A program made the position numbers and the translations under genes. The notes below the pieces were generated by a model. That model made no database searches. It was not told the origin of the DNA and was given only the letters and a program-made list of their open reading frames with translations. Shown here in pieces: positions 37,176-46,851 of a DNA stretch of 64,000 nucleotides. Source of the DNA: a phage; the sequence record PZ019086.1; one strand, 5' to 3'. The first letter of the stretch is position 1. The number at the start of each line of letters is the position of its first letter.

Positions 37176-37501
37176 TTCCAACTTAACAACTTGTAGTGTC
37201 CTTCATTAATACGTGGTTTATCCCAAGAAATACTAATATATGATTCACTGTCAATAGAAGTCGCCGGGTTTTTCTCTACCGTAAGACCTTCACTTTCCAG
37301 CCATTCAATAGTATTTGCGCATAAATCGGAAGAACACCTCATCGGAAACCGGCAAGATTTTTCACCTTTAGCTGCAGTGTTATACATCTTTTCCAAAATA
37401 CGCTTTTGCACGTTTTTAAAAATAGTTTCAGCAGATTCTTCAGATTTTTTATTCAGTTCAGTATAAAGACTCATAACATTCTTCTCATTAATAGGGCTCA
37501 T
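37169..37501 (-). CDS. Hypothetical protein
   Basis: 110-aa ORF. Confidence 0.5.
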   Translation of the reverse strand: MSPINEKNVMSLYTELNKKSEESAETIFKNVQKRILEKMYNTAAKGEKSCRFPMRCSSDLCANTIEWLESEGLTVEKNPATSIDSESYISISWDKPRINEGHYKLLSWKN

Positions 37502-37531
37502 AATATCTTAATCATGAGCCCATGTAAACAA

Positions 37532-37807
37532 TTATTTCATATTATTGAAATATTCTTCTGCAATTTCATCATTATCGTGGTAAACTTTAGAAGACAGTTT
37601 AACATAACCTTCTGCTGTGAACATGTTAATCACAACTTTTACAGTATACCACTGGCCGTCTTCATTACCCATTACTGCGTAAGTTTCAAACATCGGATGG
37701 TCAGGACCGATAACTTTAATATCATTCACTGTACGACCGAAATCTTCTGAAACACATTTCATAAAGAAGTTGAACAGTTCGCCGTAATTATCCATTTTAT
37801 TCTCCAA
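37532..37807 (-). CDS. Hypothetical protein
   Basis: 91-aa ORF with strong upstream promoter motif. Confidence 0.5.
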   Translation of the reverse strand: MENKMDNYGELFNFFMKCVSEDFGRTVNDIKVIGPDHPMFETYAVMGNEDGQWYTVKVVINMFTAEGYVKLSSKVYHDNDEIAEEYFNNMK

Positions 37808-37824
37808 GTTGTTTTCTGTATCAG

Positions 37825-37895
37825 TAGTTGATAGTTGTATAGTACCATAGAAGAACAGGAATGTAAACAGTTTTGTGAAAAATTTTTTAAAAAGT
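37825..37895 (-). promoter_or_regulatory. T4-type early promoter with A/T-rich upstream element
   Basis: Minus strand aaaaatttttcacaaaactGTTTACAttcctgttcttctatggTACTATac. Confidence 0.55.
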
Positions 37896-38081
37896 TTTAG
37901 GGAATTCTAGGGCAGGGAGGGGCAATTAAAGGATAGGATAATATATTATAAATGGTAGAAACTAAATGATGCCTAGAGAGGTCCAAAAAGGCCTAGATAC
38001 CAAAAAGCCCCAACCTTTCGGTCGGGGCTAAGCCTTGCGGCAACCTTGTCGGGGTTCCACCTGCTAAGGCAAGTGTTTGTA

Positions 38082-38171
38082 CGAAACGCCGGGATTCGAA
38101 CCCGGTTATTAAGCAGTTGACGCTACTCAATATTTTTAAAAGGCCATATCTCGACCATATCCGAACGTTCC
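38082..38171 (-). ncRNA. tRNA-like small RNA (acceptor-like stem plus GGTTCGAATCC T-arm, no normal anticodon arm); candidate stable 'species' RNA
   Basis: Minus-strand read ...ccgggTTCGAATcccggcgtttcg; 7-bp acceptor-like pairing CGGAACG/CGTTTCG. Confidence 0.3.
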
Positions 38172-38344
38172 GTCAAAAACGCTACTCGGCTTACGGCAAA
38201 GATATTTCCTCGAATCGATAATTCTGTGCGCCGTTTCTGCTGTGATGTAAGGGGATATTAACAAATCGTAAAGATTTATTAAGACCAGTCCTTACTCAGG
38301 GAACATCAGTCCGACGACTTACCGGTAGCGACCCGGCTTCTTGT

Positions 38345-38420
38345 CTGGTCGAGGCAGTAGGGATCGAACCTACGACCTAGGACTTAGAAGGTCCTTGCTC
38401 TTCCTTCTGAGCTATGCCTC
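38345..38420 (-). tRNA. tRNA-Arg (anticodon UCU), CCA encoded
   Basis: Hand-folded cloverleaf; anticodon loop CTTCTAA; T-loop GGTTCGATCC. Confidence 0.8.
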
Positions 38421-38424
38421 GGAT

Positions 38425-38499
38425 TTGGCGGACGTGATAGGATTCGAACCTATAACCAATCGCTTAACAGGCGATCGCTCTGCCATTGAGCTACACATC
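38425..38499 (-). tRNA. tRNA-Asn (anticodon GUU), CCA encoded
   Basis: Acceptor GGATGTG/CACGTCC; anticodon stem ATCGC/GCGAT; loop CTGTTAA. Confidence 0.7.
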
Positions 38500-38503
38500 C
38501 AAA

Positions 38504-38590
38504 TTGGTGGGGAGTGATGGAGTCGAACCACCCGAGTCGCAATGACAATGGATTTACAGTCCACACCGCTACCTCTACGGGATAACTCCC
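38504..38590 (-). tRNA. tRNA-Tyr (anticodon GUA), long variable arm, CCA encoded
   Basis: Acceptor GGGGAGT/ACTCCCC; anticodon loop CTGTAAA; 87 nt. Confidence 0.7.
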
Positions 38591-38603
38591 CTTAATTCTT
38601 AAT

Positions 38604-38678
38604 TTGGTGGCCCTGGGTGGAATTGAACCACCATCTGGCGATTATGAGTCGCTTGCTTGAACCTTCCAGCTACAGGGC
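38604..38678 (-). tRNA. tRNA with anticodon CAU (Ile lysidine-type or elongator Met)
   Basis: Acceptor GGCCCTG/CAGGGCC; anticodon loop CTCATAA. Confidence 0.7.
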
Positions 38679-38679
38679 C

Positions 38680-38755
38680 TTGGTGCTGATTGACGGAATC
38701 GAACCGCCGACCTTCTCATTACAAGTGAGTTGCTCTACCTACTGAGCTAAATCAG
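38680..38755 (-). tRNA. tRNA-Thr (anticodon UGU)
   Basis: Acceptor GCTGATT/AATCAGC; anticodon loop CTTGTAA. Confidence 0.8.
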
Positions 38756-38760
38756 CAAAA

Positions 38761-38850
38761 CTGGCGGAGGCGATAGGATTCGAACCTATGAGTCGCTGGA
38801 GCGACTGCCGGTTTTCAAGACCGGTGCATTAAACCACTCTGCCACGCCTC
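38761..38850 (-). tRNA. tRNA-Ser (anticodon UGA), long variable arm
   Basis: Acceptor GGAGGCG/CGCCTCC; anticodon loop CTTGAAA; 90 nt. Confidence 0.8.
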
Positions 38851-38852
38851 CA

Positions 38853-38926
38853 GTCTCCGTGGCAGGATTTGAACCTGCGACATTCTGCTCCCAAAGCAGA
38901 CGCTCTACCAAACTGAGCTACACGGA
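38853..38926 (-). tRNA. tRNA-Pro (anticodon UGG), CCA not encoded
   Basis: Acceptor CTCCGTG/CACGGAG; anticodon loop TTTGGGA; the next tRNA follows immediately with no CCA. Confidence 0.75.
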
Positions 38927-38936
38927 GTAAATTAAA

Positions 38937-39010
<74 letters not shown>

Positions 39011-39015
39011 CAAAT

Positions 39016-39102
39016 TTGGTGCGAGAAGTGGGACTCGAACCCACAAGGAAATCATTCCGCAGCATTTTAAGTGCTGTGCCTTTACCAATTTGACCATTCT
39101 CG
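39016..39102 (-). tRNA. tRNA-Leu (anticodon UAA), long variable arm
   Basis: Acceptor GCGAGAA/TTCTCGC; anticodon loop CTTAAAA; 87 nt. Confidence 0.8.
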
Positions 39103-39103
39103 C

Positions 39104-39176
39104 GCTGGGAATAAAGGACTCGAACCTTTGCATCTAGCAGTCAAAGTGCTATGCCTTACCAACTTGGCTAATTCCC
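39104..39176 (-). tRNA. tRNA-Gln (anticodon UUG), CCA not encoded
   Basis: Acceptor TGGGAAT/ATTCCCA; anticodon loop CTTTGAC. Confidence 0.75.
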
Positions 39177-39265
39177 AATTATTAACAAAGGCTCTCAAAC
39201 AAGAACCCTTGATGATAGAGGGGGTATTAATCAGTGCGATATAAGTTAATAATAACACATAATTC

Positions 39266-39817
39266 TTAAAGCAAATCAATCATTTTAACAGTTGGCAAAA
39301 CGATTTCTTCTTCAATATAAGCGAATTCAACACATTCAACTACACGCAAGAAATCATAATCATAATATTCAGAAGCATGGCCAAGAATATCAATGAGACC
39401 TTCTGATACCAAATATCCATTCTCACGGAACAGGTCGAATACACGCGATTCGTCTTCTTCAGATTTATTACCAAGGTCGACTTCAATATCAAAGACCTTT
39501 TTAATGAATTCTGGATAAAGCTGGTCTGAGAACAGTCCTTCAACCAAGTATTCATAGATTAAAAGCGAGCAATCACTGAATAGTGTATTACCACAGTAAC
39601 GTTCAGCTTTAGTGCTAGAATGACGACTCTTAAATTTCTTCAAGAGATATTTAAACTGTTGGAGCTCATGCTCTTCTACACCAAATAATGTTTTGGTTTT
39701 ATAGTTGTCGCCGTCATTTTCCCAAGTAGTGACATCAATTACGTAACCTTTAGGAATTGTACTGCCTAAACAAATATTCATTTTCTCACCGTACCATATT
39801 AATGTAATTATATTCAA
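39266..39817 (-). CDS. Hypothetical acidic protein
   Basis: 183-aa ORF immediately upstream of the tRNA array. Confidence 0.5.
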   Translation of the reverse strand: MNIITLIWYGEKMNICLGSTIPKGYVIDVTTWENDGDNYKTKTLFGVEEHELQQFKYLLKKFKSRHSSTKAERYCGNTLFSDCSLLIYEYLVEGLFSDQLYPEFIKKVFDIEVDLGNKSEEDESRVFDLFRENGYLVSEGLIDILGHASEYYDYDFLRVVECVEFAYIEEEIVLPTVKMIDLL

Positions 39818-40082
39818 TGCAACGTAATTTCAAAGGATTCTTGAAAATATCATATTCAAGAGGGCCTTTTTCTGTTTCAATAAAGAAATCAAAATTTACT
39901 GTATTAAATTTACGGTCTTCCTTCACTAATTTAACTTGAGAAGATGAACGGTCAATGTAAACCTTTTCAACTTCAAAACATGTTAAAATGCCATAATCAT
40001 CAATCAAGGCTTTAGCTGCTTCTTGATCATATTTATATCCATTTTCAATGGATGATACTTTCGCATAAAGAATCATTATCAA
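39786..40082 (-). CDS. Hypothetical protein
   Basis: 98-aa ORF. Confidence 0.45.
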   Translation of the reverse strand: MIMILYAKVSSIENGYKYDQEAAKALIDDYGILTCFEVEKVYIDRSSSQVKLVKEDRKFNTVNFDFFIETEKGPLEYDIFKNPLKLRCIEYNYINMVR

Positions 40083-40498
40083 CCTTCATCAACAATAGTA
40101 TGCGTATTGGCATTTACAATTTGCCACCAATCAAAGCGATTAGAACCATAATCTGGTTTGTTTTCATTTTCTTTGATGATGTCACGGAGTTCATCTTCAG
40201 TGGCGGCTTTCGCGATTAAATCAGCATATCCACCACGAGGATAATAATTATCACCTGCAAAAAGTAAAAAGTTTGGTTTAATGTTATTGAACTCTTCAAG
40301 AGTAATAACTTTTCCTGACGGTTGAACAATCTCTACATATTTATATCCCAATTTTTGAGCAGCATCTACTGCTTCAAGCAAAGTATCATGAGCCCATCCA
40401 ATTTGACAACTTGGCTTTTCAGATGGATTAGCTTGATAATCCGCATACACTTTATACATTCTATTCACCTTTAGAAATTTTATCCATAACGATAGCAA
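40079..40498 (-). CDS. Hypothetical protein
   Basis: 139-aa ORF. Confidence 0.5.
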   Translation of the reverse strand: MLSLWIKFLKVNRMYKVYADYQANPSEKPSCQIGWAHDTLLEAVDAAQKLGYKYVEIVQPSGKVITLEEFNNIKPNFLLFAGDNYYPRGGYADLIAKAATEDELRDIIKENENKPDYGSNRFDWWQIVNANTHTIVDEG

Positions 40499-40646
40499 TT
40501 AAACCAATTAAAAATGCTACTACAAGTGAAAACACGTTTTCTGCTGTAGTTAATAATCCGCATATAAATCCAACAAACATTGAAAAACTAAAAGCAGAAG
40601 CAGAAATTGCAATAGCAACATTTCGAATTAATTCACAACGTTTCAT
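40461..40646 (-). CDS. Small membrane protein
   Basis: 61 aa, largely hydrophobic. Confidence 0.45.
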   Translation of the reverse strand: MKRCELIRNVAIAISASAFSFSMFVGFICGLLTTAENVFSLVVAFLIGLIAIVMDKISKGE

Positions 40647-40667
40647 TTTATTCTCCTCAGTAGTTGA

Positions 40668-40720
40668 TAGGGTAATAGTATCACAACTAAAACCCTATGT
40701 AAACAACTTTGTGAAATATT
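40668..40720 (-). promoter_or_regulatory. T4-type early promoter
   Basis: gttgatagggtaatagtatcac...tgtaaacaactttgtgaaatattt. Confidence 0.5.
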
Positions 40721-40722
40721 TA

Positions 40723-41010
40723 TTACAAAAGATTTTTAGCAATAATCTTGAGATGTGCCGCAGAAATGTGTTTAGCTTTAAACAACGCAGTTTCTTCAGC
40801 AGGAGAGATAATGATTGTAGCACCATCCTTTTTAGCAGACCACCCATCGCCTAGGTAAACAGTACCTTTGATTTCTTCGCCATCAACCAGACTAATCATT
40901 GGTTTACCTTCTCGTCCTTTATTTGCTTTAATAACTTCAGAAGTAAGAGTAGCTTCGGTAATGGTAGAAACCGGGGTAGTTGTAGAAGTAAATTCTTTAA
41001 ATGTTTTCAT
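40723..41010 (-). CDS. ipI: Internal protein I precursor (IPI; the mature IPI* is an injected anti-restriction protein in T4)
   Basis: 95 aa; body ATLTSEVIKANKGREGKPMISLVDGEEIKGTVYLGDGWSAKKDG... matches my recollection of T4 IPI; leader MKTFKEFTS... is a variant capsid-targeting sequence. Confidence 0.8.
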   Translation of the reverse strand: MKTFKEFTSTTTPVSTITEATLTSEVIKANKGREGKPMISLVDGEEIKGTVYLGDGWSAKKDGATIIISPAEETALFKAKHISAAHLKIIAKNLL

Positions 41011-41034
41011 TTTATTTTCCTAATTAATTTTGAT

Positions 41035-41082
41035 GAGATAATAGTATCACTACCTCATCAGCGTGTAAACAACTTTGTGAAA

Positions 41083-41085
<3 letters not shown>
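41035..41085 (-). promoter_or_regulatory. T4-type early promoter
   Basis: gatgagataatagtatcac...tgtaaacaactttgtgaaattatttt. Confidence 0.5.
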
Positions 41086-41779
<694 letters not shown>

Positions 41780-41780
<1 letters not shown>

Positions 41781-42493
41781 TATAGTACCTTTAGTGTATT
41801 TTTAATTTTAGAAAAAAGTTCTTCAAGAGAACCATCGTTTGTAATTACTAAATCGCCATCACGAATTGGCAATCCAGCTTCTGTAATATGAGTATCATTG
41901 GATTTTTGACCAGGACGAACTACATGAATTACTGTAGCACCCATCGCCCTAGCCGCATCCATTTCATGGTCTTGACGAGTATCAGGAACGATATAATAAT
42001 CATAACCTGAGTTAAATTTATCAAGATAATCTAAAGCAAATAATTTTACCCAATACATGCGGTCGAAGTTATTAACAATCAAATCCGTACCTAGGGCTTG
42101 CATCAGACGACGGACTGACCATTGATCTTCAATATTATTTATAACGTCAATAATCTTGTTAAATGCTACGAAATTAACTGCGTCATCAAAAACACACACA
42201 CCCTTAATTGGGCTTTTACTATTAAGATAGCAAAATGCTTGTTCCATAATCGTAATTACTTCTAATTTAGTCAGATTTAAATTAGTCTCGCGATCATAGT
42301 CAATTCCTTCAAACTCTTTACGAGTTAAACAAGGATAGTCAGTGTTTGCTACGAATACGCCCCATGCATAAGCCAATGCATCTTTAATAGGACCAGCAAG
42401 TTGATATTTAACTGCAGAATAATTATTCATGATAAAATCTGCGGTAGTATCTTTTCCACTACGCTTTACACCACTTAAAAAGATTAGTTTCAT
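41780..42493 (-). CDS. 1: Deoxynucleoside monophosphate kinase
   Basis: 237 aa; P-loop LSGVKRSGKDT. Confidence 0.85.
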
Positions 42494-42542
42494 ATGTTTC
42501 TCCTCAAATTTAGTTAAGATTATAACACATGAAACTTAAGCA

Positions 42543-43073
42543 TTAAACTTCTGCTATAATTTTGCCATCTTTTTCTACTTGAAAATACGTATAAGGAATC
42601 GTTGCTGTGCATACTAAGGCTGGGTCTGAATCTTCTGTGTAGCTAAATTCTACTTCAGACAGGTCAGAAACCCAGGGCTTATAAAAATTTATTGACATCA
42701 CGATTTCAGTTTTACTATTATCTAAAATGTAAAGCGTAATGTATTCAGGACCTGTTTTTTGGGCAGTATTTTCGCCTGTAAGATAGTTACTAGTTCCTAG
42801 CATCCATTCATACATTCCTATCCACGACTTAAGCTCTTCATCAACTATAAATCTCACAATGAGTGGGTCGTACTCAAATGTAACTCCTGGACGCTGTGCT
42901 CGGCCTAGTCCAAACGGCCCAGTCACGGTATCAGTAACAGGTATCCTAATTCCCGGAATAGGAACTGACTGAGCATTTAAAGTAAAAGCAGATGTAGTAT
43001 TACTATGCGGTATTGATACTACAAAGTTAGTTGTATTTGCTTGGTTAAAAATTTGTTGTAGTGCTTGCGACAT
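42543..43073 (-). CDS. 3: Tail tube terminator / sheath stabiliser gp3
   Basis: Starting at the internal Met gives 176 aa, equal to T4 gp3; the listed ORF extends 27 codons upstream. Confidence 0.75.
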   Translation of the reverse strand: MSQALQQIFNQANTTNFVVSIPHSNTTSAFTLNAQSVPIPGIRIPVTDTVTGPFGLGRAQRPGVTFEYDPLIVRFIVDEELKSWIGMYEWMLGTSNYLTGENTAQKTGPEYITLYILDNSKTEIVMSINFYKPWVSDLSEVEFSYTEDSDPALVCTATIPYTYFQVEKDGKIIAEV

Positions 43074-43179
43074 ATATTCCTCATAATGCTTTATAAATGT
43101 TGGTGGTATAATGGGTCTAAGTCCCTTCCATTCAATTCCAATTAGAACAAACAATAGAAAAGAATGGAAGATAATAGAA

Positions 43180-44004
43180 TTAGATATTTGACCAGACTTT
43201 GTTTGCAGAGAAACGTTTTCCTTTTGAAACGAACTGCTGAAGTGGCATTAACACAACGTTCGCCCAGTCTTTCGGGGCGATTTCAACAAGACTACCCATG
43301 ATATTACCAGGTATATATGCCTTAATCATTTGGTCTGCACCCCTAAATCCTTTCACTTGACTCCAATCAATTTTTAATTTCGTTTTATTAGTAATAGTAG
43401 GTGTATTCGAATATTGCTTTAAAAGCTCTTCTAGAAATTGCTGACGAGCTTTAGGTGGAATATAGTGCAAGTTCAATCCGTACATTAAATTATGTTTACC
43501 TAAACCAAGATAAATTATCAAAGGAAATTTATCCCAGTAAGGAAGAGTTTCCTTGTGTTTAGCATCATAAGCAAAAGCATATATTCGTCCCGGCTGAGGG
43601 CGAACAACTTTATGTCCTTTTACTTGCTTAATAGTTTCAGCAAACCACTTTCTGGTTTTATTATTAATTGCTGCGCCTTCATTACGAATTTTATCACGCA
43701 ATGTTTGCCTGAATGAATTTATCATAAGCAGTTGTCTTTCTTGCTTATTGAGTTTATTCATTGGTTTTGATTCAAGCTTTTGAATCTTTTCAGCTGTTTT
43801 AATTCCTGAAGCATATTTTGACATTGCCGAAGTAAACGTAGAGTATTTGATTCCTCTTACTTCGGCAAATTGCTTTCCTGTCATTCCTTTTGCTTTGGCC
43901 TTTTTGTATTCAAGACCTATCTGAATCCATTTCTTTTCGTTTAATGATTGCTTAACCTTTGGAACTTGGGGAGTGCTTTCATTAATTATTTGAAAAATAG
44001 CCAT
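43180..44004 (-). CDS. 2: DNA end-protector protein gp2
   Basis: 274 aa; size and position between 3 and 4. Confidence 0.8.
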   Translation of the reverse strand: MAIFQIINESTPQVPKVKQSLNEKKWIQIGLEYKKAKAKGMTGKQFAEVRGIKYSTFTSAMSKYASGIKTAEKIQKLESKPMNKLNKQERQLLMINSFRQTLRDKIRNEGAAINNKTRKWFAETIKQVKGHKVVRPQPGRIYAFAYDAKHKETLPYWDKFPLIIYLGLGKHNLMYGLNLHYIPPKARQQFLEELLKQYSNTPTITNKTKLKIDWSQVKGFRGADQMIKAYIPGNIMGSLVEIAPKDWANVVLMPLQQFVSKGKRFSANKVWSNI

Positions 44005-44456
44005 TATGCCCCCTTAAAGCCAAGAGCCCGTAATCCATCTTCTGTTAGAATTCTAAATTTTATTCCACGCTTTTCAGCTAAAGATTGTGCTGCTTTCCAT
44101 TTGTCAGTATTAACAGAATATGTATAAATTTCATTCATAAATCTTTTCTTCGCTGCTGTTGTTAGATGTGCTGGTTTAACTGGTGGTTGTGTTTCTTTTT
44201 TAGGTTTTATTTCAATAAAAAATTCTTGTCCAGAAGAATCTTTCATCCAAATATCCATGAAGTATCTACGTTTTTTCCCTTCTGCATTACAAAAATAAGG
44301 AATTACTGCTGTTTCACTACCCCATGCAATAATTTCTGGATTTTTATCTAACCATTCAAAAAAGAATTTTTCCCAATTTGATCTATACGTAATTTTTTTA
44401 GGGTCACCTCTATATTTTGATATATTTTTAGGAACCCATTTTCCAGAATATGCCAT
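44004..44456 (-). CDS. 4: Head completion protein gp4
   Basis: 150 aa; overlaps the gene 2 start by one base. Confidence 0.8.
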   Translation of the reverse strand: MAYSGKWVPKNISKYRGDPKKITYRSNWEKFFFEWLDKNPEIIAWGSETAVIPYFCNAEGKKRRYFMDIWMKDSSGQEFFIEIKPKKETQPPVKPAHLTTAAKKRFMNEIYTYSVNTDKWKAAQSLAEKRGIKFRILTEDGLRALGFKGA

Positions 44457-44467
44457 TGGATTCTCCT

Positions 44468-44475
44468 TATAAATA
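44468..44475 (+). promoter_or_regulatory. Late promoter box TATAAATA for gene 53
   Basis: Exact TATAAATA about 28 nt upstream of the gene 53 ATG. Confidence 0.6.
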
Positions 44476-44482
44476 GATAATA

Positions 44483-44490
44483 TATTTATA
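44483..44490 (-). promoter_or_regulatory. Late promoter box TATAAATA for gene 4 (divergent from the gene 53 promoter)
   Basis: Plus strand tatttata = TATAAATA on the minus strand, about 27 nt upstream of the gene 4 ATG. Confidence 0.55.
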
Positions 44491-44503
44491 AACAGGAGGG
44501 CCC

Positions 44504-45094
44504 ATGCTCTTTACATTTTTTGATCCGATTGAATATGCGGCCAAAACAGTGAATAAAAACGCGCCGACTATTCCTATGACAGATATTTTTAGAAACTATA
44601 AAGACTATTTCAAACGTGCTCTTGCGGGATACCGCTTACGCACTTATTATATCAAAGGTTCACCACGCCCGGAAGAATTAGCAAATGCTATATATGGAAA
44701 TCCACAGTTGTATTGGGTTTTATTGATGTGTAATGATAATTATGATCCGTATTATGGATGGATTACTTCGCAAGAAGCTGCTTATCAAGCATCTATACAA
44801 AAATACAAAAACGTAGGTGGAGACCAAATAGTATATCATGTGAATGAGAACGGTGAAAAATTTTATAATTTAATATCATACGATGATAATCCATATGTTT
44901 GGTATGACAAAGGCGATAAAGCTAGAAAATATCCTCAATATGAAGGAGCACTTGCTGCGGTCGATACGTATGAAGCTGCTGTTCTTGAAAATGAAAAACT
45001 TCGTCAAATAAAAATAATAGCAAAATCAGACATCAATTCATTTATGAACGACCTTATACGTATAATGGAGAAATCTTATGGAAATGATAAGTAA
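44504..45094 (+). CDS. 53: Baseplate wedge protein gp53
   Basis: 196 aa; first gene of the plus-strand late operon. Confidence 0.8.
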   Translation: MLFTFFDPIEYAAKTVNKNAPTIPMTDIFRNYKDYFKRALAGYRLRTYYIKGSPRPEELANAIYGNPQLYWVLLMCNDNYDPYYGWITSQEAAYQASIQKYKNVGGDQIVYHVNENGEKFYNLISYDDNPYVWYDKGDKARKYPQYEGALAAVDTYEAAVLENEKLRQIKIIAKSDINSFMNDLIRIMEKSYGNDK

Positions 45095-46850
45095 TAACCT
45101 TAATTGGTTTGTTGGTGTTGTTGAAGATAGAATGGACCCATTAAAATTAGGTCGCGTTCGTGTTCGTGTTGTTGGTCTGCATCCACCACAAAGAGCACAA
45201 GGTGATGTAATGGGTATTCCAACTGAAAAATTACCATGGATGTCAGTTATTCAACCTATAACTTCTGCAGCAATGTCTGGAATTGGAGGCTCCGTTACTG
45301 GTCCGGTAGAAGGAACTAGAGTTTATGGTCATTTTTTAGACAAATGGAAAACTAACGGAATTGTTCTTGGCACGTATGGTGGAATAGTTCGCGAAAAGCC
45401 TAATAGGCTTGAAGGATTTTCTGACCCAACTGGACAGTATCCTAGACGTCTAGGAAATGATACTAACGTATTAAACCAAGGCGGAGAAGTAGGATATGAT
45501 TCGTCTTCTAATATTATCCAAGATAGCAATCTAGACACTGCGATAAATCCCGATGATAGACCACTATCAGAAATTCCAACTGATGATAATCCAAATATGT
45601 CAATGGCTGAAATGCTTCGCCGTGATGAAGGATTAAGACTAAAAGTTTATTGGGATACTGAAGGATATCCGACAATTGGTATTGGTCATCTTATCATGAA
45701 GCAGCCAGTTCGTGATATGACTCAAATTAATAAAGTTTTATCAAAACAAGTTGGTCGTGAAATTACCGGAAATCCAGGTTCTATTACAATGGAAGAGGCG
45801 ACAGCTTTATTTGAACGCGATTTGGCTGATATGCAACGTGACATTAAATCACATTCTAAAGTTGGCCCAGTTTGGCAGGCAGTTAATCGTTCTCGTCAAA
45901 TGGCATTAGAAAACATGGCATTTCAGATGGGTGTTGGTGGTGTAGCTAAATTTAACACAATGTTAACTGCTATGTTAGCAGGAGATTGGGAAAAAGCATA
46001 TAAAGCTGGTCGTGATTCATTGTGGTATCAACAAACAAAAGGCCGTGCATCCCGTGTTACCATGATTATTCTTACGGGAAATTTGGAATCATATGGTGTT
46101 GAAGTGAAAACACCGGCTAGGTCTTTGTCAGCAATGGCTGCTGCTGTAGCGAAGTCTTCTGATCCAGCTGACCCTCCTATTCCTAATGATTCGAGAATTT
46201 TATTTAAAGAACCTGTTTCTTCATATAAAGGTGAATATCCATATGTTCACACAATGGAAACTGAAAGCGGTCATATTCAGGAATTTGATGATACCCCTGG
46301 GCAAGAACGATACAGATTAGTTCATCCGACTGGAACATATGAGGAAGTATCACCGTCAGGAAGAAGAACAAGAAAAACTGTCGATAATTTGTATGATATA
46401 ACAAATGCTGATGGTAATTTTTTGGTAGCCGGTGATAAAAAGACTAACGTCGGTGGATCAGAAATTTATTACAACATGGATAATCGTCTTCACCAAATAG
46501 ATGGAAGCAATACAATATTTGTGCGTGGCGACGAAACGAAAACTGTTGAAGGTAATGGAACTATCCTAGTTAAAGGTAATGTTAAAGTAGTTATTCAAGG
46601 AACAGCAGATATAACTGTTGAACAGGAAGCATACATAACTGTTGAAAAAGACACGACTGTTAATGTTAACCAAAACGCAGACATAAGTGTTAAAAATAAA
46701 GCAACTGTTAATGCTGAAAATATGGATGTCAACGTTGAGCAAGATTTAAATTTTTCAGCGACAAATATTAATTTAAGTGCATCTAATACTGTTCATATGG
46801 ATGGCGGGGTTCTTTCTAAAGTATCAGGTGGAAACGTACAGGTTGGTTAA
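45078..46850 (+). CDS. 5: Baseplate hub subunit with tail lysozyme domain gp5
   Basis: 590 aa; OB-fold N-terminus; central lysozyme domain MAEMLRRDEGLRLKVYWDTEGYPTIGIGHLI; C-terminal beta-helix repeats. Confidence 0.9.
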   Translation: MEMISNNLNWFVGVVEDRMDPLKLGRVRVRVVGLHPPQRAQGDVMGIPTEKLPWMSVIQPITSAAMSGIGGSVTGPVEGTRVYGHFLDKWKTNGIVLGTYGGIVREKPNRLEGFSDPTGQYPRRLGNDTNVLNQGGEVGYDSSSNIIQDSNLDTAINPDDRPLSEIPTDDNPNMSMAEMLRRDEGLRLKVYWDTEGYPTIGIGHLIMKQPVRDMTQINKVLSKQVGREITGNPGSITMEEATALFERDLADMQRDIKSHSKVGPVWQAVNRSRQMALENMAFQMGVGGVAKFNTMLTAMLAGDWEKAYKAGRDSLWYQQTKGRASRVTMIILTGNLESYGVEVKTPARSLSAMAAAVAKSSDPADPPIPNDSRILFKEPVSSYKGEYPYVHTMETESGHIQEFDDTPGQERYRLVHPTGTYEEVSPSGRRTRKTVDNLYDITNADGNFLVAGDKKTNVGGSEIYYNMDNRLHQIDGSNTIFVRGDETKTVEGNGTILVKGNVKVVIQGTADITVEQEAYITVEKDTTVNVNQNADISVKNKATVNAENMDVNVEQDLNFSATNINLSASNTVHMDGGVLSKVSGGNVQVG

Positions 46851-46851
46851 T

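Noticed and set aside
46777-46851. Upstream extension of the unknown large ORF (listed as starting at 46777, inside gene 5)
   Set aside because: Would overlap the gene 5 C-terminus by 74 nt; the ATG at 46852 directly after the gene 5 stop is the more plausible start.
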